A stretch of DNA of 51,067 bases, taken from the NCBI GenBank assembly GCA_038529685.1, contig JBCBDN010000001.1, positions 1-51,067 on the forward strand, read 5' to 3'. Both the position numbers and the translations under genes were made by a program. Source of the DNA: Cyanobacteria bacterium J06598_1 (lineage in GTDB: Bacteria; Cyanobacteriota; Cyanobacteriia; Phormidesmidales; Phormidesmidaceae). Under the pieces are notes generated by a model. That model ran no database searches, was not told the origin of the DNA, and worked only from the letters and a program-made list of their open reading frames with translations. Below are positions 48,619 through 51,067 of the stretch, one piece after another (position 1 is the first letter of the stretch; every line of letters begins with the position of its first letter).

Positions 48619-50031
48619 CTAGCCAACAGGCGCGAGCTTTCGGACATCGCTCACCTGCCCAGTCACCGCTGCTGAGACCACCATAGCCGGACTCATGAGC
48701 AGCGTTCGACCCGAGGCAGACCCCTGCCGCCCTTTGAAGTTGCGATTAGAGGAGGAGGCGCTGATCTGTGTACCTTTCAGCTTGTCAGGATTCATAGCTA
48801 AGCACATCGAACAGCCCGGTTCACGCCACTCAAACCCTGCCGCCTCAAAGATCTTATCGAGACCTTCAGCTTCGGCTTCTACCTTTACCCGCTCAGACCC
48901 TGGAACCACAAAAGCCTTAACCCCCGACGCAACCTGACGGCCCTTAGCAATGCGAGCCGCCTCCTGCAAATCGCTCAGGCGACCGTTGGTGCAGCTCCCG
49001 ATGAAGCACACATCAATTTTGGTACCTGCTAGCGACTGCCCCGGAGAAAGCTGCATGTACCGATACGCTTCTTCAGCGATGGGTCGCTCGTCTTCTGGCA
49101 TGGTGTCAGGCGTGGGAATCGATTCATCGACGCCAATCCCCTGACCGGGCGTAATGCCCCAAGTCACGGTGGGCGCAATCTCAGCCGCGTCAAAAATCAC
49201 CACATCGTCATACTCGGCGTCGGCGTCACTACGCAAGCTCTCCCACCAGGCGACGGCCTCATCCCACTGCTGCGCTTTAGGTGCAAAGTCGCGGCCCTTT
49301 ATATAGTCGTAAGTCGTTTGGTCAGGGTTAACGTAACCACACCGCGCACCCCCTTCAATCGACATATTGCACAGGGTCATGCGCCCTTCCATAGAGAGGC
49401 TCTCAATAGCGCTTCCCGCAAATTCGTAGGCAAATCCGACCCCGCCTTTTACCCCTAGCTTACGGATAATGTGCAGCACAATGTCTTTGGCATACACGCC
49501 TTCGGGCAGCTCGCCGTTTACTTCAATGCGGCGCACCTTGAGCTTGGCTAGCGCCAGGGTTTGGGAAGCGAGCACGTCGCGGACTTGGCTGGTGCCGATA
49601 CCAAAGGCGATCGCGCCAAAAGCCCCGTGAGTAGACGTATGACTATCCCCACAGGCAATCGTCATACCCGGCTGCGTCAGCCCCTGCTCCGGCGCAATGA
49701 CATGCACAATTCCCTGGTTGCCCGAACCCACATTAAAAAAGCGAATGCCGTGCTCTTTTGTATTGGACTCCAGCGCGCTCATCATTTTCTCGGCCATCGG
49801 GTCCGCAAAAGGCCGCGACTGATCTTCGGTTGGCACAATGTGGTCCACCGTTGCCACCGTGCGCTGAGGATACATCACCTTCAAGCTGCGCTCGTTTAAC
49901 ATGGCAAAAGCTTGGGGACTGGTCACCTCATGAATCAGGTGCAGGCCAATAAACAGCTGAGTTTGGCCAGAAGGCAACGTGCCTACGGTGTGTGCATCCC
50001 AAACTTTGTCGAAGAGTGTGCCTTTGCTCAT
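48619..50031 (-). CDS. leuC: 3-isopropylmalate dehydratase large subunit
   Basis: [51 protein letters not shown]. Confidence 0.97.
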   Translation of the reverse strand: MSKGTLFDKVWDAHTVGTLPSGQTQLFIGLHLIHEVTSPQAFAMLNERSLKVMYPQRTVATVDHIVPTEDQSRPFADPMAEKMMSALESNTKEHGIRFFNVGSGNQGIVHVIAPEQGLTQPGMTIACGDSHTSTHGAFGAIAFGIGTSQVRDVLASQTLALAKLKVRRIEVNGELPEGVYAKDIVLHIIRKLGVKGGVGFAYEFAGSAIESLSMEGRMTLCNMSIEGGARCGYVNPDQTTYDYIKGRDFAPKAQQWDEAVAWWESLRSDADAEYDDVVIFDAAEIAPTVTWGITPGQGIGVDESIPTPDTMPEDERPIAEEAYRYMQLSPGQSLAGTKIDVCFIGSCTNGRLSDLQEAARIAKGRQVASGVKAFVVPGSERVKVEAEAEGLDKIFEAAGFEWREPGCSMCLAMNPDKLKGTQISASSSNRNFKGRQGSASGRTLLMSPAMVVSAAVTGQVSDVRKLAPVG

Positions 50032-50121
50032 AACGATAATCGGGCGCCTAAGCGCTGGAAAAGGACTATAGCGAATCGATTAACTATAGTAGACTATGTA
50101 GCCCTTATCAGGCGCCAGTCA

Positions 50122-50300
50122 CACATCGATAGAATCCACGCAAAAGGTAAAACCAAAGGAAGCGACTTAGGTTCTTTTGATCCACAAACAGAAAAATTCT
50201 GCTTTCTATTCAACCCTCGAAATCAATTGTGGGCAGAACATTTTCGACTTGAGATGGGTCGCATTAGTGGCCGTACGTCAGAAGGTAGAACCACACTTAC
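50122..50300 (+). pseudogene. HNH endonuclease remnant
   Basis: HIDRIHAK..KGSDLGSFDPQTEKFCFLFNPRNQLWAEHF..GRTSEGRTT matches the C-terminal tail of small HNH proteins. The CxxCN segment and N-terminus are missing. Confidence 0.7.
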
Positions 50301-50301
50301 T

Positions 50302-51021
50302 TCAGTGTGCTTTTGATATCGATCGCTTCCCTTCCATGTAGGCCAAGTCAAACAGTGACTCTAGCTGGACATGAGTGCCTCGAATCGGGCAAATTACAGC
50401 TTTCCCCCACTCTAGATACTCATCAATTCGAGCAGTCGGCCAGCCGTCGGGCGGTGCATCAACGGTGTCGCGGATATTGGATATTTTGTCTGCGAGTTTT
50501 ACGAGCTTGGCGCGATCGCTCAAACGCCCCGCATGCTCAATCTGCTGCTGCTTACGCTCAGCTTTGGGCAAAGACTTATCATCGGTCACCTCAGCCACCA
50601 CATTGCGTACCGCAAGGCCAAAGTGCTGCTCAAGCTCATCAAGCGTTGTATCGGTGTCTTCAACCGTGTCGTGTAGCAGTGCGGCCATCAGCACAACTTC
50701 ATCGGTCACACTCGCTTCGTTGAGCAAAATATTGGCCACGTCAATCGGGTGGTTGATGTAGGGCGTTTGGCCGACGTTTTTGCGTCTTTGGTCGCGGTGC
50801 TTGCGGGCGGCAAAGGTGAGCGATCGCATAAAGTCTGCACTCATTACACGGGGAAGCTTTTCATCAGCGTCCATATTTTCATCAGCACTATTTGAGGGAA
50901 CGGCGTTTGATGGAACAACAGTAGAGAAGTCGGTCATCGTCATAGGTCCAGCCCGCACAGAAAATAGATGTGATGAGACATCATACGGCCCGTCCATTAG
51001 GTGTTCGGGAAATCTAGCCAA
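50302..51021 (-). CDS. stand-alone HD-domain (p)ppGpp hydrolase-like protein (SAH/Mesh1 type); true start probably 50943 or 50877
   Basis: FAARKHRDQRRK, PYINHP, AALLHDTVEDT, EVTDDKSL, VKLADKISN; no synthetase domain. Confidence 0.9.
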   Translation of the reverse strand: MARFPEHLMDGPYDVSSHLFSVRAGPMTMTDFSTVVPSNAVPSNSADENMDADEKLPRVMSADFMRSLTFAARKHRDQRRKNVGQTPYINHPIDVANILLNEASVTDEVVLMAALLHDTVEDTDTTLDELEQHFGLAVRNVVAEVTDDKSLPKAERKQQQIEHAGRLSDRAKLVKLADKISNIRDTVDAPPDGWPTARIDEYLEWGKAVICPIRGTHVQLESLFDLAYMEGKRSISKAH

Positions 51022-51067
51022 AGATCCATTGAATTAGCAAAGAAAGACTTCCCAGAAACGAATAAAC

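Noticed and set aside
48619-50031. leuC without adjacent leuD
   Set aside because: Scattered leu genes are common in cyanobacteria.
49912-50316. 134-aa ORF as an intact gene
   Set aside because: Its first part is antisense to leuC and intergenic; only the last about 60 codons are an HNH relic.

Overview
Chromosomal window from a cyanobacterium, identified by very frequent HIP1 octamers (GCGATCGC), psb34, a ThiO-ThiG fusion and HLR1/NtcA-like sites. By inference it is a Leptolyngbya/Phormidesmis-like filamentous strain. It is mostly a gene-dense core/accessory mosaic: an ABC ATPase (partial), GGDEF-EAL protein, mlaD/mlaF-like pair, yvcK, iscA, YtxH/DUF948/TPM cluster, pgeF, ferredoxin, thiO-thiG, psb34, a degenerate SF1-helicase-like gene, GT2-TPR, a Spy/CpxP gene with a divergent NarL-type two-component system, glnB, folC, an ABC-2 exporter split by an ECF sigma gene, queF, SDR, sterol desaturase, metG, an aromatic amino acid-type ABC uptake pair, alpha-amylase, a Crp/Fnr regulator, leuC and a Mesh1-like HD hydrolase. 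I found no rRNA, tRNA, CRISPR array, prophage or intact IS element. The points most worth a second look are: (1) local strand skew that flips at HIP1 sites; (2) an Rpn/DUF4351-like gene that lost its nuclease core but keeps a C-terminal ORF with its own ribosome-binding site; (3) a translationally coupled pair of unknown genes at 23.6-24.8 kb; (4) two small genes missed by the ORF track; (5) several gene remnants and short dispersed repeats. I cannot firmly establish a new system from sequence alone; all family calls come from motif recognition, not searches.
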